From: an uncultured Verrucomicrobiae bacterium
GTDB lineage: Bacteria > Verrucomicrobiota > Verrucomicrobiia > Chthoniobacterales > Chthoniobacteraceae
Assembly: GCA_963836755.1 (NCBI GenBank)
Contig: CAWIKF010000001.1
Coordinates: 256,001 to 320,000 of the forward strand
DNA length: 64,000 nt
Direction: 5' to 3'
In this document: one piece after another, positions 20,262 through 30,426 of the stretch
Numbering within the stretch: position 1 is the first letter of the stretch
Layout: every line of letters starts with the position of its first letter
Notes under the pieces: generated by a model
Databases searched by the model: none
Told to the model about the DNA's origin: nothing
What the model saw: only the letters and a program-made list of their open reading frames with translations
Made by a program: the position numbers and the translations under genes

Positions 20262-21302
20262 GCCGCGGCTGCCGCCTTTCGCGCGAAGAGCCGCGTGAAG
20301 CAGCGGCGCGCTTTTTCACTTTGCAAAAGACAGACGGCGATGACGACGAGCGCCTTCGGGACCGGCGCGATGTCGGCGCTGACGTTGCGCGCATACATCG
20401 TGGTCGTGAGCGTCTGGATGAGCAGCGCGCCGACGATGGAGCCGAGCAGGTAAAAGCGCCCGCCGGTGAGCGCGGTGCCGCCGATGACGACGGCGAGGAT
20501 CGCATCGAGCTCAAAGTAAAGTCCGGCGTGGTTCGCATCGGCGCTCTTGATGTCGGACGCGACGACGAGGCCGGCGAGCCCGGCGCAAAAACCGGCGAAG
20601 ACGTAGGCGATGAATTTTACCATGCGCGCATTCACGCCGGCGTAGCGGCTGGCGATGTCGTTGTCGCCGACTGATTCGATGAACAAGCCGAGCGCCGTGC
20701 CGCGGGTGAGCGCGTGCGGTGACGCCGAGCAGCACGAGCACGAGAATGCACGGAAACGGCAAGCCGAAGAGGTAGCCGTTCGCGATGTAAACCAGCGCGG
20801 GGTCGGTGAAATTGGTAATTTGTCCACCGGTGATGAGCTGCGCGATTCCGCGGCCGGCGACCATCAAAATCAAAGTTGAAACGATCGGCTGGATGCCGAT
20901 GCCGGCGACGAGGAAACCATTCCACGCGCCGAGCAGGAGCGAGACGAAAAGCGCGAGCGCCATCGCGGCGGCGGGTGAAAATGGATGCGCCACGACCGCC
21001 TGCGCCAGCACCGCGCCAGTCACGGCGACGATCGCGCCGACGGACAAATCGACGCCGCCCGTGGCGATGACGAGCGTCATGCCGAGCGCAACGAGCATCA
21101 CGATGCCGCCGTGTTTTAAAATATCGATCAGCGTCCCGTAGAGATGCCCATCGCGCAGCTCGAGCTTGAAGAAACCGGGCGTCAGCAGCGCGTTAAACAA
21201 AAGTAAAAGTCCCAGCGCGAGCAGCGGAAAAAAGATGCGCTCTTTTCGCGTGAAAAAGAGCAACGCCGCAAACGCTGCCCAAAAAAGAACGAGAAAAATC
21301 AT
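20258..21302 (-). CDS. ytfT: Sugar ABC transporter permease, YtfT-like; +1 frameshift near 20718
   Basis: The N-half (GMTLVIATGGVDLSVG) is in ORF 20511..21302 and the C-half (ELDAILAVVIGGT) in ORF 20258..20827. Removing one base restores LGVTHALTRG. Confidence 0.85.
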
Positions 21303-22828
21303 TTCAGCACTGCCTCGGATTCCGCAGTTGGCGCGGCGATCTGCCGCATGATCGCCTGCTCGCTGATTGCGCCGCCCGAGAGCTCGCCAACTTTTTTCCG
21401 ATCGCGCAAAATCACCACGCGTTGGCTCGTGCGGACGATCTCCTCAAGCTCGGAGCTGATGAGCAAAATCGCCAGACCGTCGCGGCGCAGCTCGTCGATG
21501 AGCTTCTCGATTTCCGCCTTCGCGCCGACATCGATGCCGCGCGTCGGCTCGTCGAGAATGATCAGTTTCGGCTCCGTCGCGAGCCAGCGCGCGAGCAAAA
21601 CTTTTTGCTGATTGCCGCCGCTCAGGTTTTTCACCGGCTGCTCCGGCCCCGGAGTTTTGATGCGCAGCGCCGCGATGAATTTCTCGGCGAGCGCATTTTG
21701 TTTTGCCCGCGAAAGCTTTGCCCATGCGCCTCGGCTGGCCTGGAGCGCGATCACGATATTCTCGCGGATCGAAAGATTCGGGATGATGCCGTCCACTTTG
21801 CGATCCTCGGCGGTGAAGGCGAGACGCTGCCGAATCGCGGCGCGCGGCGAGGAAATATTCACCCGTTCGCCGTTCAAAAACATTTCGCCCGAATCCGCTT
21901 TATCCACGCCGAAAATAATGCGCGCCGTTTCGGTGCGGCCGGAGCCAAGCAGCCCCGCGAGCCCGACGACTTCGCCGGGACAAATGCTCAAGTCCAGCGG
22001 CGCGATCGAGCCTTTGCGCCCAAAGTTTTTGACTTCTAGGAACGGCTTTTCGGAAATGTCGCGCGCGCCCTGATGATGGCTTTGCATCGCCGCGACCTCT
22101 TTCACGTCTTTGCCAATCATGCGCGCGACGAGCTCGAGACGCGGCAGCTCGGCGGTCGGATACTCGCCGACGAGTTCGCCATTGCGAAGCAACGTGATGC
22201 GATCGGTCACCGCATAAACTTGATCCATGAAATGCGTGACGAAGACGATGCCCATGCCGTCGTCGCGCAGCTTGCGGATGACTTTAAAAAGTTCGGCGAC
22301 CTCGCGCTCATCGAGGCTCGAGGTCGGCTCGTCGAGGATGAGCAACTTTGCCGCAACGTCCGTGGCGCGGGCGAGCGCGACCATTTGCTGGATCGCAATC
22401 GAGCAGGCGGAGAGCTGCCGCGACGGATCGAGATCGAGTTCCAGCCGCGCCAATGCCTGCTTCGCGCGCTGCATAATCGCGCGCCAGCGAATTTTCCCGA
22501 AAAAAGTCGGCTGCCGCCCGAGGCAGATATTTTCCGCGATGGACAGGTCGGGAATGAGATTGACCTCCTGATAGACCGTGCTGATGCCGCACGCCTCCGC
22601 CTCGCGTGGACTGCGCGGCGAAATCGCGCGGCCATCCAGCCGCGTCTCGCCCGCGTCGCGGTCGTAAACGCCGGTCAGCACTTTGATCAGCGTGCTTTTG
22701 CCTGCGCCGTTCTCGCCCATCAGCGCGTGGATCTCGCCGCGGCGGACGGTGAAATCGACGCCGGCCAGCGCGCGGACGCCGGGGAAACTTTTCGTCAATC
22801 CACGCACTTCGAGCAGGGGGCTGTTCAT
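21299..22828 (-). CDS. ytfR: Sugar ABC transporter ATP-binding protein, YtfR-like
   Basis: Two ABC domains: GENGAGKST, LDEPT, LSGGNQQK and DEPTRGIDVGAK. ATG at 22828 (MNSPLLEVR). Confidence 0.92.
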   Translation of the reverse strand: MNSPLLEVRGLTKSFPGVRALAGVDFTVRRGEIHALMGENGAGKSTLIKVLTGVYDRDAGETRLDGRAISPRSPREAEACGISTVYQEVNLIPDLSIAENICLGRQPTFFGKIRWRAIMQRAKQALARLELDLDPSRQLSACSIAIQQMVALARATDVAAKLLILDEPTSSLDEREVAELFKVIRKLRDDGMGIVFVTHFMDQVYAVTDRITLLRNGELVGEYPTAELPRLELVARMIGKDVKEVAAMQSHHQGARDISEKPFLEVKNFGRKGSIAPLDLSICPGEVVGLAGLLGSGRTETARIIFGVDKADSGEMFLNGERVNISSPRAAIRQRLAFTAEDRKVDGIIPNLSIRENIVIALQASRGAWAKLSRAKQNALAEKFIAALRIKTPGPEQPVKNLSGGNQQKVLLARWLATEPKLIILDEPTRGIDVGAKAEIEKLIDELRRDGLAILLISSELEEIVRTSQRVVILRDRKKVGELSGGAISEQAIMRQIAAPTAESEAVLK

Positions 22829-22867
22829 CTGTTGATGGGAGATCGGGTAAAAGTCCTCGCTCGGGGC

Positions 22868-23110
22868 GACCATTCTGCGACGTCGGGGATCTACTTTGCA
22901 AGGATGCGGAGAGAGGTTGGGCGAAGTCGCGTTGGGAACGTGAAAAATCGTGGCGACTTTGCTCCCAATCGCGACGACTGCGTTTAAAGTCGCAATGACT
23001 TTGCTCAAAGAAATGACGACTTTGTTCCAAGAAATGAAGACTTTGTCAGAAATCGGAATGGCTTTGTTCCAATCGTCGAGACTTTGTCCTGAATCGCGCT
23101 GATTCTCTCT
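22868..23110. repeat. Degenerate 21-bp tandem array 2 (consensus GACTTTGNTCNNAATCGNNAN)
   Basis: Units at 22955, 22976, 22997, 23018, 23039, 23060 (20 nt) and 23080, with more decayed units towards 22868. Confidence 0.85.
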
Positions 23111-23253
23111 TTTGAGCCGAAAATGAGATCCAACTTTTCCGCAACTTTTTCCCCATTTCGCCGTTGACGGCTCCAGTCTACCCATGAAGGAATGAGGAGC
23201 GGCCTCCCTTTCTTCCCGCCACCCCCGCATTTCAAACCTGTAAAATCCGCACC

Positions 23254-26200
23254 ATGATCCAAAGAATCCGCTTCACCCTCATCGCCGCCGCATTGGCCGC
23301 GACCACCACGATCGGCTACGCCGGCCGGCAGGAGACGCCGATCGACCTCGCCGAGCTCCAGACCCCGCTCTACACGGTGAAAGGAGACGCGATCATGCGG
23401 CACAATGGCGACCGCTTTTGCAACCGGCCGCTTTATTGCAATCACATCTACGCGGCGGCGCTCGGCGGCGACAAGCCGACGGCGATGGTCGGCAACAAAA
23501 AGTCGTTTCTCGGCAACCTGATGTTTGCTTTGATCCGGCAGGGAAGCGGCAAATGGCTGCAGGATGCGTCCGATATTACCTCCATCTACAGGCCGGGCCG
23601 GATGGAATGGGTGGTCACGGATGCCTCATGGGGCGGGACGATCGTTCATCTGGAAGTCGTCCCCGCGGCGCATGGCGCTGGGATGATCGCGCGGGCGCGG
23701 CTGGAAAATGGGCAGCCGGGCGACAAGCTGCTCTGGGCGAGCGGCGGCTTCAGCAACGACAACGGCAGCATCCTTTGGACGATGGATATGACGAGCTTGA
23801 AGGTGAAATACCTGCTGACCGGATTCCAAGCGACCGATTGCGTCAAGAACAAGGTGCAGGCGCAGGGAAAGTCGTGGACTTTGCAGGAGGCCGGCAGCGC
23901 GGAGCAGTCGTTCGGCATTTGCAGCGAAGAGACGAACACAGTCGTCGCCGACGCCAACGCATGGAAGGATCCGGTCGCGCTCCTGGCGAGCCAGGGGAAA
24001 GAACTTCCGATGGCCTGCGGGACAGTGTCACCCAAAGGCGATCGCGAGATTTACTGGTATCTGCATGATTCCGCGAAGGATGAGTCAGGCGCAAAGACTC
24101 CCGCCGAAGAATTTGCCGCTGCGATGCAGCGCGAGGTCACGCTTGAAAACGTGGTCACAGTCGATACCCCCGATCCTTGGCTCAATGCGGAAGTGGGCGC
24201 ATCGGTCAATGCCATCGATGCGGTCTACCGGGAAGGGATTTACACTCACTCGGCGATGCGATGGGCGACCGCGCTTCTCGGCTGGCGGACTTTGTTTGGC
24301 GGCACTGTCTATGGCTGGCACGACAATGTAAAAACGGACGCGGCTACTTTCATCAGCGCGCAAATCACCGACTCCGACAGGACCGTTCCCCATGCCGATC
24401 CAAAGACGCTGCTGACGAGCCAGGCGCCTGATTCCCGGATGTTCGGCAAAGGCCGCATCGACCTTCATCACCCGCATCATTATGACATGCAGAGCCAGTT
24501 TTTCGACCAGGTCCAGCACGCATGGGCATGGACGGGCGATCCCGCGCTCGAGAAACTGCTTCGGCCTTCGCTCGACCTGCATTGCGAGTATATCAAGGAT
24601 TGCTTCGATCCGATGAACCTCGGCATCTATGAGAGCTATGCCAATACCTGGCCGACCGATGACCAATGGTATAACGGCGGCGGCACATCCGAAGAGACGG
24701 CCTATGCTTATCATGCCGAAAAAACCGCTTTGCAACTGGCCGAGCGGGCAGGGGATCAAGCTGGGATCAAACTTCACACCGCAAACATTGAGCACATCCG
24801 CAAAGGTTTCTTCGATCTGCTATGGGTTTCGAATACGGGTCATCCCGGAGCCTATCGCGAGCAATACGGTTTGAAGCGGCTGCACGACAATCCATGGCTC
24901 TATGGCATCTTCTGCCCGATCGACGCCGGCTTACTCGATACCGAGCAGGCAGCGCAGGCGTTGCAGTTCAGCGAGTGGGGTCTCGAGCGCGTGAAGATGC
25001 CCTATGGTGGCGAGCAATGCTGGCCGTCGAATTGGGTGCCATCCCTTTGGTCTGTCCGCGAAATGTGGCCGGGTGACAGCTATCAGCTCGCGCTGGCTTA
25101 TTTCCAGACCGGACTCGCGGACGATGGCTGGAAAGTATTTCACGGCACTTATCCGCAACAAATGCTTTATGGCAAAGTTCCCGGAGACACAGGTCATCCC
25201 GCAGGCGGCACCGATTTCAACGACTGCAACAGCATGTTCGCGCGCACCGTCGTGGAAGGACTCTTCGGCTATCGGCCAGACTATCCGAACAAGGTCGTCA
25301 AAATCTCGCCGCAGTTTCCGAGCGATTGGGACCATGCTTCCATCAAGACGCCGGACATGAGTCTCAAGTATTCGCGCAAAGGCGCCGACATCCTTTGCGA
25401 CGTGACTCTTTCAAAGGCTTGTGCGCTGGACGTGCAGCTTCCCGTTTCGGCAAAAGGTATCCAGTCTGTAAAAGTAAACGGCGAGCCATCGAAGTGGACT
25501 TTGACGCCATCTTTTGGGTGCAGCCTTGTCACTATCTCCGTTCCGTCCACTGACTCTGCAAAGGTCGAGGTCACTTGTGACGATGCGCTGGAGACTTATC
25601 CCGCTACCTATCTCGATGGTAACAGCGGCGATGCGATTACTTTGGAAGCAAAGGATGGTGAACTAACTGAGTTCCACGATCCACAAAGTGTCTTCAAGGA
25701 TGCCAAGATAGAGAATGGCAAGATTGCCGGCACCCTTGCCGCCAATGACGGCCATCATCTGGTATTCGGGCTGGTAAACGTAGGTAAGACACAGCAGTGG
25801 CGGCTTTTTAAGATCCACGTGACCGACGTGCAGGCGGCCAAGTTGATCGCGGATAAAACACAAGTGCAGCCTTCGGCGCAGCCGAGCTGGAAGCAGGTAG
25901 ATATGCAGCAAGTATTGAACGGAGACATCCGCACCATCTATAAGCAGAACTACGTTTCGCCGCGCCCGGACACCTGCTCCTTGCGGCTGGCTACCAATGG
26001 TTACAACACGTGGCAAATGTCCGGAAGCGGAGAAAGCCGCGCGCCGGAGATCGACTTGAGCAATGTTCCTGCCTTGAGCGACGGCAAGGGAAATATTGTC
26101 GCCGATAAGGGTATTCCTTTCCGCTGGAGCGATGCGAAAAACAATATCGCCTTTACTTCCCGATGGGATAACTGGCCCAAACAAATCGAGGTTCCCGTAA

Positions 26201-26556
26201 ACCAAACTGGAAAGGCAGCTTGGTTTCTATTGTGCGGCACCACCAATCCGATGGAAGTGCAAATCGCAAACGCGGAACTACGTTTGAAGTATGCGGATGG
26301 CGTCGTAGAAAAAGTAGAGATTGTTCCGCCCATGAACTTCTGGACGCTCTGCCCATTTGGTGTGGATTACGATTACAAGCGCGACGCTTTTGCACTGCCA
26401 AAGGTTCCGCCTATGACCTTGCAGCTAGGAAAGAACTGCCGGGGCATCGTGCTGCCGTGGCGTTTGCGTCAAGGTGTGGCGCTGGAAAGCGTGAGTCTGG
26501 AAACACTCTCCGAAGAAGTAGTCATCGGCCTGATGGGCGTTACTGTGATGAATTAG
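23254..26556 (+). CDS. Large secreted DUF4450-type putative glycoside hydrolase
   Basis: Signal peptide, NGDRFCNRPLY, YDMQSQFFD and EGLFGYRPD; 1100 aa. Confidence 0.7.
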   Translation: MIQRIRFTLIAAALAATTTIGYAGRQETPIDLAELQTPLYTVKGDAIMRHNGDRFCNRPLYCNHIYAAALGGDKPTAMVGNKKSFLGNLMFALIRQGSGKWLQDASDITSIYRPGRMEWVVTDASWGGTIVHLEVVPAAHGAGMIARARLENGQPGDKLLWASGGFSNDNGSILWTMDMTSLKVKYLLTGFQATDCVKNKVQAQGKSWTLQEAGSAEQSFGICSEETNTVVADANAWKDPVALLASQGKELPMACGTVSPKGDREIYWYLHDSAKDESGAKTPAEEFAAAMQREVTLENVVTVDTPDPWLNAEVGASVNAIDAVYREGIYTHSAMRWATALLGWRTLFGGTVYGWHDNVKTDAATFISAQITDSDRTVPHADPKTLLTSQAPDSRMFGKGRIDLHHPHHYDMQSQFFDQVQHAWAWTGDPALEKLLRPSLDLHCEYIKDCFDPMNLGIYESYANTWPTDDQWYNGGGTSEETAYAYHAEKTALQLAERAGDQAGIKLHTANIEHIRKGFFDLLWVSNTGHPGAYREQYGLKRLHDNPWLYGIFCPIDAGLLDTEQAAQALQFSEWGLERVKMPYGGEQCWPSNWVPSLWSVREMWPGDSYQLALAYFQTGLADDGWKVFHGTYPQQMLYGKVPGDTGHPAGGTDFNDCNSMFARTVVEGLFGYRPDYPNKVVKISPQFPSDWDHASIKTPDMSLKYSRKGADILCDVTLSKACALDVQLPVSAKGIQSVKVNGEPSKWTLTPSFGCSLVTISVPSTDSAKVEVTCDDALETYPATYLDGNSGDAITLEAKDGELTEFHDPQSVFKDAKIENGKIAGTLAANDGHHLVFGLVNVGKTQQWRLFKIHVTDVQAAKLIADKTQVQPSAQPSWKQVDMQQVLNGDIRTIYKQNYVSPRPDTCSLRLATNGYNTWQMSGSGESRAPEIDLSNVPALSDGKGNIVADKGIPFRWSDAKNNIAFTSRWDNWPKQIEVPVNQTGKAAWFLLCGTTNPMEVQIANAELRLKYADGVVEKVEIVPPMNFWTLCPFGVDYDYKRDAFALPKVPPMTLQLGKNCRGIVLPWRLRQGVALESVSLETLSEEVVIGLMGVTVMN

Positions 26557-26565
26557 CTGAGACTT

Positions 26566-28008
26566 ATGAAAACGCATTACAAAGGTCTCGTCCAAACTAT
26601 TCCTCTGCTCCTGCTAACCACAGGCTTAACGAGCGGCTTCCTCTCCACTGGCACCGCGCAAACGATGCCCGAGGTAATGAAGACTTTGGACAACAAGGAA
26701 GACATGTCGCCCGAGCATGAGAAAAAGATGGCGTGGTTTCGCGAGGCGAAATACGGCCTTTTCATCCACTGGGGACTTTATGCGATCCCCGGCGGAATGT
26801 GGAAAGGCGAGCACATCCGCATCAGCAGCGAATGGATCATGGCGCACGCGCGGATTCCAGTGAAGGAATATGAGAACCTCGCAAAGGAGTTCAACCCCGT
26901 TAATTTTAACGCCGACCAATGGGTGAAGATGGCAAAGGACTCCGGCATGAAATATCTAGTCTTCACCGCCAAGCACGGTGACGGCTTTGCCATGTATCAT
27001 TCGAAGGTAACTCCATACAACATCTACGACGCGACACCTTTTCATCGCGATCCGCTCAAGGAGCTTTCGGAAGCTTGCGCGAAGTATGGAATCAAACTTG
27101 GCCTATATTACTCGCAGTCGGTGGACTGGCACGAGCCGGGTGGCGAAGGCAATAGCTGGGACTACAAAAGGGATAGTGAGAAGGACAAGAGCGGTGCCTT
27201 TGATAACTATCTCCAGACCAAGGTCGAGCCGCAGATCAAGGAATTGCTTTCGAACTACGGCCCGATCTGCGAAATCTTTTTTGATACTCCCGCGATGATC
27301 ACGCCGCAGCGTGGCCAGCGCATCGCGGATATTGTTCACAAGCTTCAACCTGCCTGCTTGATCGACGGCCGGCTAGGTGTCCCTGGCGACTACGCGACGA
27401 TGGGCGACAATGGTATTCCGAATACGACCGTAGTCGGCGACTGGGAAACTCCTGGTGAACTGAATCATAATTGGGGCTTCGATCAAACGGACAAGGACTA
27501 CCAATCGCCGAGTCAGGTCATCTTCAAGCTCATGGAGATTGTGAGTAAAGGCGGTAACTACTTACTGGATGTCGGGCCGACGGCTTTAGGCGAGATTCCA
27601 ATCGTGGCGGAGAAAAACCTCGAGACGGTGGGGGACTGGCTGAAGGTTAATGGTGACGCCGTTTATGGCACGATCCGTTCTCCGTTCGGAGAAGGATTTA
27701 GCGGCTTTGGGAGGAAGCTATCCGACGGCCGAGGCAAAGATGTAGAGTTACCGTTCCTGGATTGGCGATGCACAACAAAGCCGGGCAAACTTTACTTCAC
27801 AATCTTCCATTGGTCGGGCAATGGCTTCAAGCTTCCGGCCTTCAAAAACGAGGTAGCTAAAGCATACTTTCTCGCGGACAAAGATCAGGCTTCCATACCT
27901 ATCGCGGACACCAACGGATCGCGCATCGTGCAGACTCCTCACTATGCGCCAGATCTCATGGCGACAGTGCTGGTGGTGGAATTCAAAGGCGACAAAGTAG
28001 AGCGTTAA
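26566..28008 (+). CDS. Alpha-L-fucosidase (GH29)
   Basis: WFREAKYGLFIHWGLY, FTAKHGDGF, YYSQSVDWH and IVSKGGNYLLDVGP. Confidence 0.92.
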   Translation: MKTHYKGLVQTIPLLLLTTGLTSGFLSTGTAQTMPEVMKTLDNKEDMSPEHEKKMAWFREAKYGLFIHWGLYAIPGGMWKGEHIRISSEWIMAHARIPVKEYENLAKEFNPVNFNADQWVKMAKDSGMKYLVFTAKHGDGFAMYHSKVTPYNIYDATPFHRDPLKELSEACAKYGIKLGLYYSQSVDWHEPGGEGNSWDYKRDSEKDKSGAFDNYLQTKVEPQIKELLSNYGPICEIFFDTPAMITPQRGQRIADIVHKLQPACLIDGRLGVPGDYATMGDNGIPNTTVVGDWETPGELNHNWGFDQTDKDYQSPSQVIFKLMEIVSKGGNYLLDVGPTALGEIPIVAEKNLETVGDWLKVNGDAVYGTIRSPFGEGFSGFGRKLSDGRGKDVELPFLDWRCTTKPGKLYFTIFHWSGNGFKLPAFKNEVAKAYFLADKDQASIPIADTNGSRIVQTPHYAPDLMATVLVVEFKGDKVER

Positions 28009-28062
28009 TTGGCACAAATTAGCTGATGCAAAACCGGTAAAACCGCCGATGGTTTGGCTCTT

Positions 28063-29193
28063 ATGTCCAAAGCGGAAACGAGTTCGCAAAAGCGAAACAA
28101 GATCGGGTTCTTTCAGCGGCTGCGCCGATACTCTCGGCTGATTTTTCAAATTTTCATCGTGATCGCGGTGTTGCTGATTGCAGCGCGAATCGCGGCACCG
28201 TATTTCATCCGCAAATACGTCAACGAGAAGATCAACGAAATACCAGGTTTTCGCGGCGAGATCGGCGACGTGCATCTGCATCTTTGGCGAGGCGCTTATT
28301 CAATCGAAGAGATCAAGCTGCTTAAGACGGAGGGCAGCGTGCCAGTGCCTTTTTTTTCGTCGCACACGGTCGATCTTTCGGTGCAGTGGCGCGCACTTTT
28401 TGACGGAGCGCTTGTGGCGAAAATCCGTTTCTACGATCCGGTGATTAATTTCGTAAAAGGACCATCGGAAGCGACGACGCAGGTCGGCGTGGACAAGCCG
28501 TGGACAGGAGTTGTGCAGGATTTGTTTCCGCTAAATATCAATCGCTTCGAGGTGTTCAACGGCGAGGTGCATTATCGCGATTTTCACAGCAGCCCCAAGG
28601 TAACCCTGACGCTCGATCGCATTCACATGCTCGCGGAAAATTTAACGAACAGCCGCAAGGTCGCGCAGACGCTGATCGCGACGATTCAAATCGATGGCCA
28701 GGCTTTCGAGTCGGCGCCATTCGATGTGCACGTGAAGCTCGACCCGTGGCGCTACAAACCGACATTCGACCTCGCTGCGAAAATGCAGCCGGTGCCGCTC
28801 ACAAAATTCAACGAGTTCTCGGAGGCATACGGGAAATTTCATTTTACCAAAGGCACCTTTTCGCTGGCCACCGAACTCGCAGCGTCCGACGGAAAGTTGA
28901 CTGGCTACGTCAAGCCTCTGCTCGACAACATCGCGATCATCGACGTGCGCGACGTGAAAAATCCGATCAAGCTGTTGTGGGAAAGCGCGGTGGCTGGATT
29001 GACGCGGCTCTTCCGCAACCAAGGCGAGAACCGCTTCGCGACTAAAATTCCAGTCTCGGGATCGCTCGATTCACCGAAGATCGCGGTGCTGCCGATGCTC
29101 GGGAATATTTTGAAAAATGAATTCATCAAGGCCTATCAGGGCAACATCGATAATGATGTTTCGCTGAAAGACGCCGCGAAGGGCAGAAAATAA
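28063..29193 (+). CDS. DUF748/AsmA-like membrane-anchored protein
   Basis: N-terminal TM segment, GEIGDVHLHLWRGAY, GYVKPL and FATKIPVSG. Confidence 0.75.
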   Translation: MSKAETSSQKRNKIGFFQRLRRYSRLIFQIFIVIAVLLIAARIAAPYFIRKYVNEKINEIPGFRGEIGDVHLHLWRGAYSIEEIKLLKTEGSVPVPFFSSHTVDLSVQWRALFDGALVAKIRFYDPVINFVKGPSEATTQVGVDKPWTGVVQDLFPLNINRFEVFNGEVHYRDFHSSPKVTLTLDRIHMLAENLTNSRKVAQTLIATIQIDGQAFESAPFDVHVKLDPWRYKPTFDLAAKMQPVPLTKFNEFSEAYGKFHFTKGTFSLATELAASDGKLTGYVKPLLDNIAIIDVRDVKNPIKLLWESAVAGLTRLFRNQGENRFATKIPVSGSLDSPKIAVLPMLGNILKNEFIKAYQGNIDNDVSLKDAAKGRK

Positions 29194-29203
29194 ATCGGCG
29201 CGA

Positions 29204-30370
29204 TCAGGCCGCAACGCTCATCTGGCGTAGCTTCGCGATGATCTGCGGCAAAATCTGCAGCGCGTGCTCGACTTCGCGCACCGTGTTAAAGCGGCTGAAC
29301 GAAAAGCGGAGACTGCCGCGCGCGCGCTCGTTGCTGAAGCCCATCGCTTTCAAAACGTGCGACGGATGAATCGAGCCCGTGGTGCACGCGCTGCCGGCCG
29401 AGCAGCAGATGCCGGCGTTGTCCAAAAGCATCAGCACGCCTTCGCTTTCGATGCCGTCAAACGCAATGCTGGTGGTGTTCGGCAGGCGATGCGCGCGGTC
29501 GCCGTTGACTTGCGTGTCAGCGATTTTTTCGAGGATTCCGCTTTCAAAGTCATCGCGCAGTCCGCGCACGAAAGAATTTTCGTGCTCCATTTTTTCAGCC
29601 GCCAATTCGCACGCCTTCCCAAGCGCAACGATGCTCGCCACGTTTTCCGTGCCCGCGCGCTTGCCGTGCTCCTGCCCGCCGCCGATGAACGATGGATTGA
29701 AGCGAGTGCGCCGGTTGACATAGAGCACGCCGACGCCTTTCGGGCAGTGCAATTTGTGGCCGGAGACGCTCAGGAAATTGATGTGCGAATGCGAACGCGC
29801 GAGATCGATCGGGATTTTTCCGACGGCCTGCACGGCATCGGTATGGAAAAAAGTTTTCTTTCGATGCACGAGCGCGGCGATTTCTTCAATCGGAAAAAGC
29901 ACGCCCGTTTCGTTGTTCGCCCACATCGTCGATACGATCGCAGTGTCGGGTCGGATCGCCCGCTCCAGCTCGGCAAGATCGATTTGGCCCCGCTCGTCGA
30001 CTCCCAGCCAAGTGACTTCAGTGCCACGTTTCGCCAGCGCTTCACAATGTTTGGTAATCGCACTGTGTTCAACACGCGTTGTCACAATGTGCTGCCGATC
30101 GGGATCGAGCGAAAGCGCGGACGCGATCGCAGAGTTGTTCGATTCCGTGCCGCAGCTCGTAAAAATAATTTCGCGCGGCTCGCAGCCAAGCAGCCCGGCA
30201 ACCCGCTCCCGCGCTTGCTCCACGGCCTGCGCCACGCTTGCGCCGAATGTGTAGGCACTCGATGGATTGCCGTAAAAGTCAGTCAAAAACGGCAGCATCT
30301 CCGCGACCACCGCGGGATCAACCTGCGTCGTCGCGTTGTTGTCGAAATAAATGACCGGCTCCTTTTTCAT
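29204..30370 (-). CDS. Cysteine desulfurase (NifS/IscS class)
   Basis: YFDNNATT, GNPSS, NNETG, HTDAVQ, SGHK and SAGSAC. Confidence 0.95.
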   Translation of the reverse strand: MKKEPVIYFDNNATTQVDPAVVAEMLPFLTDFYGNPSSAYTFGASVAQAVEQARERVAGLLGCEPREIIFTSCGTESNNSAIASALSLDPDRQHIVTTRVEHSAITKHCEALAKRGTEVTWLGVDERGQIDLAELERAIRPDTAIVSTMWANNETGVLFPIEEIAALVHRKKTFFHTDAVQAVGKIPIDLARSHSHINFLSVSGHKLHCPKGVGVLYVNRRTRFNPSFIGGGQEHGKRAGTENVASIVALGKACELAAEKMEHENSFVRGLRDDFESGILEKIADTQVNGDRAHRLPNTTSIAFDGIESEGVLMLLDNAGICCSAGSACTTGSIHPSHVLKAMGFSNERARGSLRFSFSRFNTVREVEHALQILPQIIAKLRQMSVAA

Positions 30371-30426
30371 GGAAAGCCGCGCACCTTAGCGCAATCCGCC
30401 ATGGCGCGCCACCGAGTTTCGCGCCG

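Noticed and set aside
22829..23230. Long N-terminal extension of the ABC ATPase
   Set aside because: It is read-through of repeat array 2; the recognisable ABC protein begins at ATG 22828.
28010..28025. Sigma-54 promoter TGGCAC...GC upstream of the DUF748 gene
   Set aside because: The GG-to-GC spacing is one base short of the strict -24/-12 consensus.
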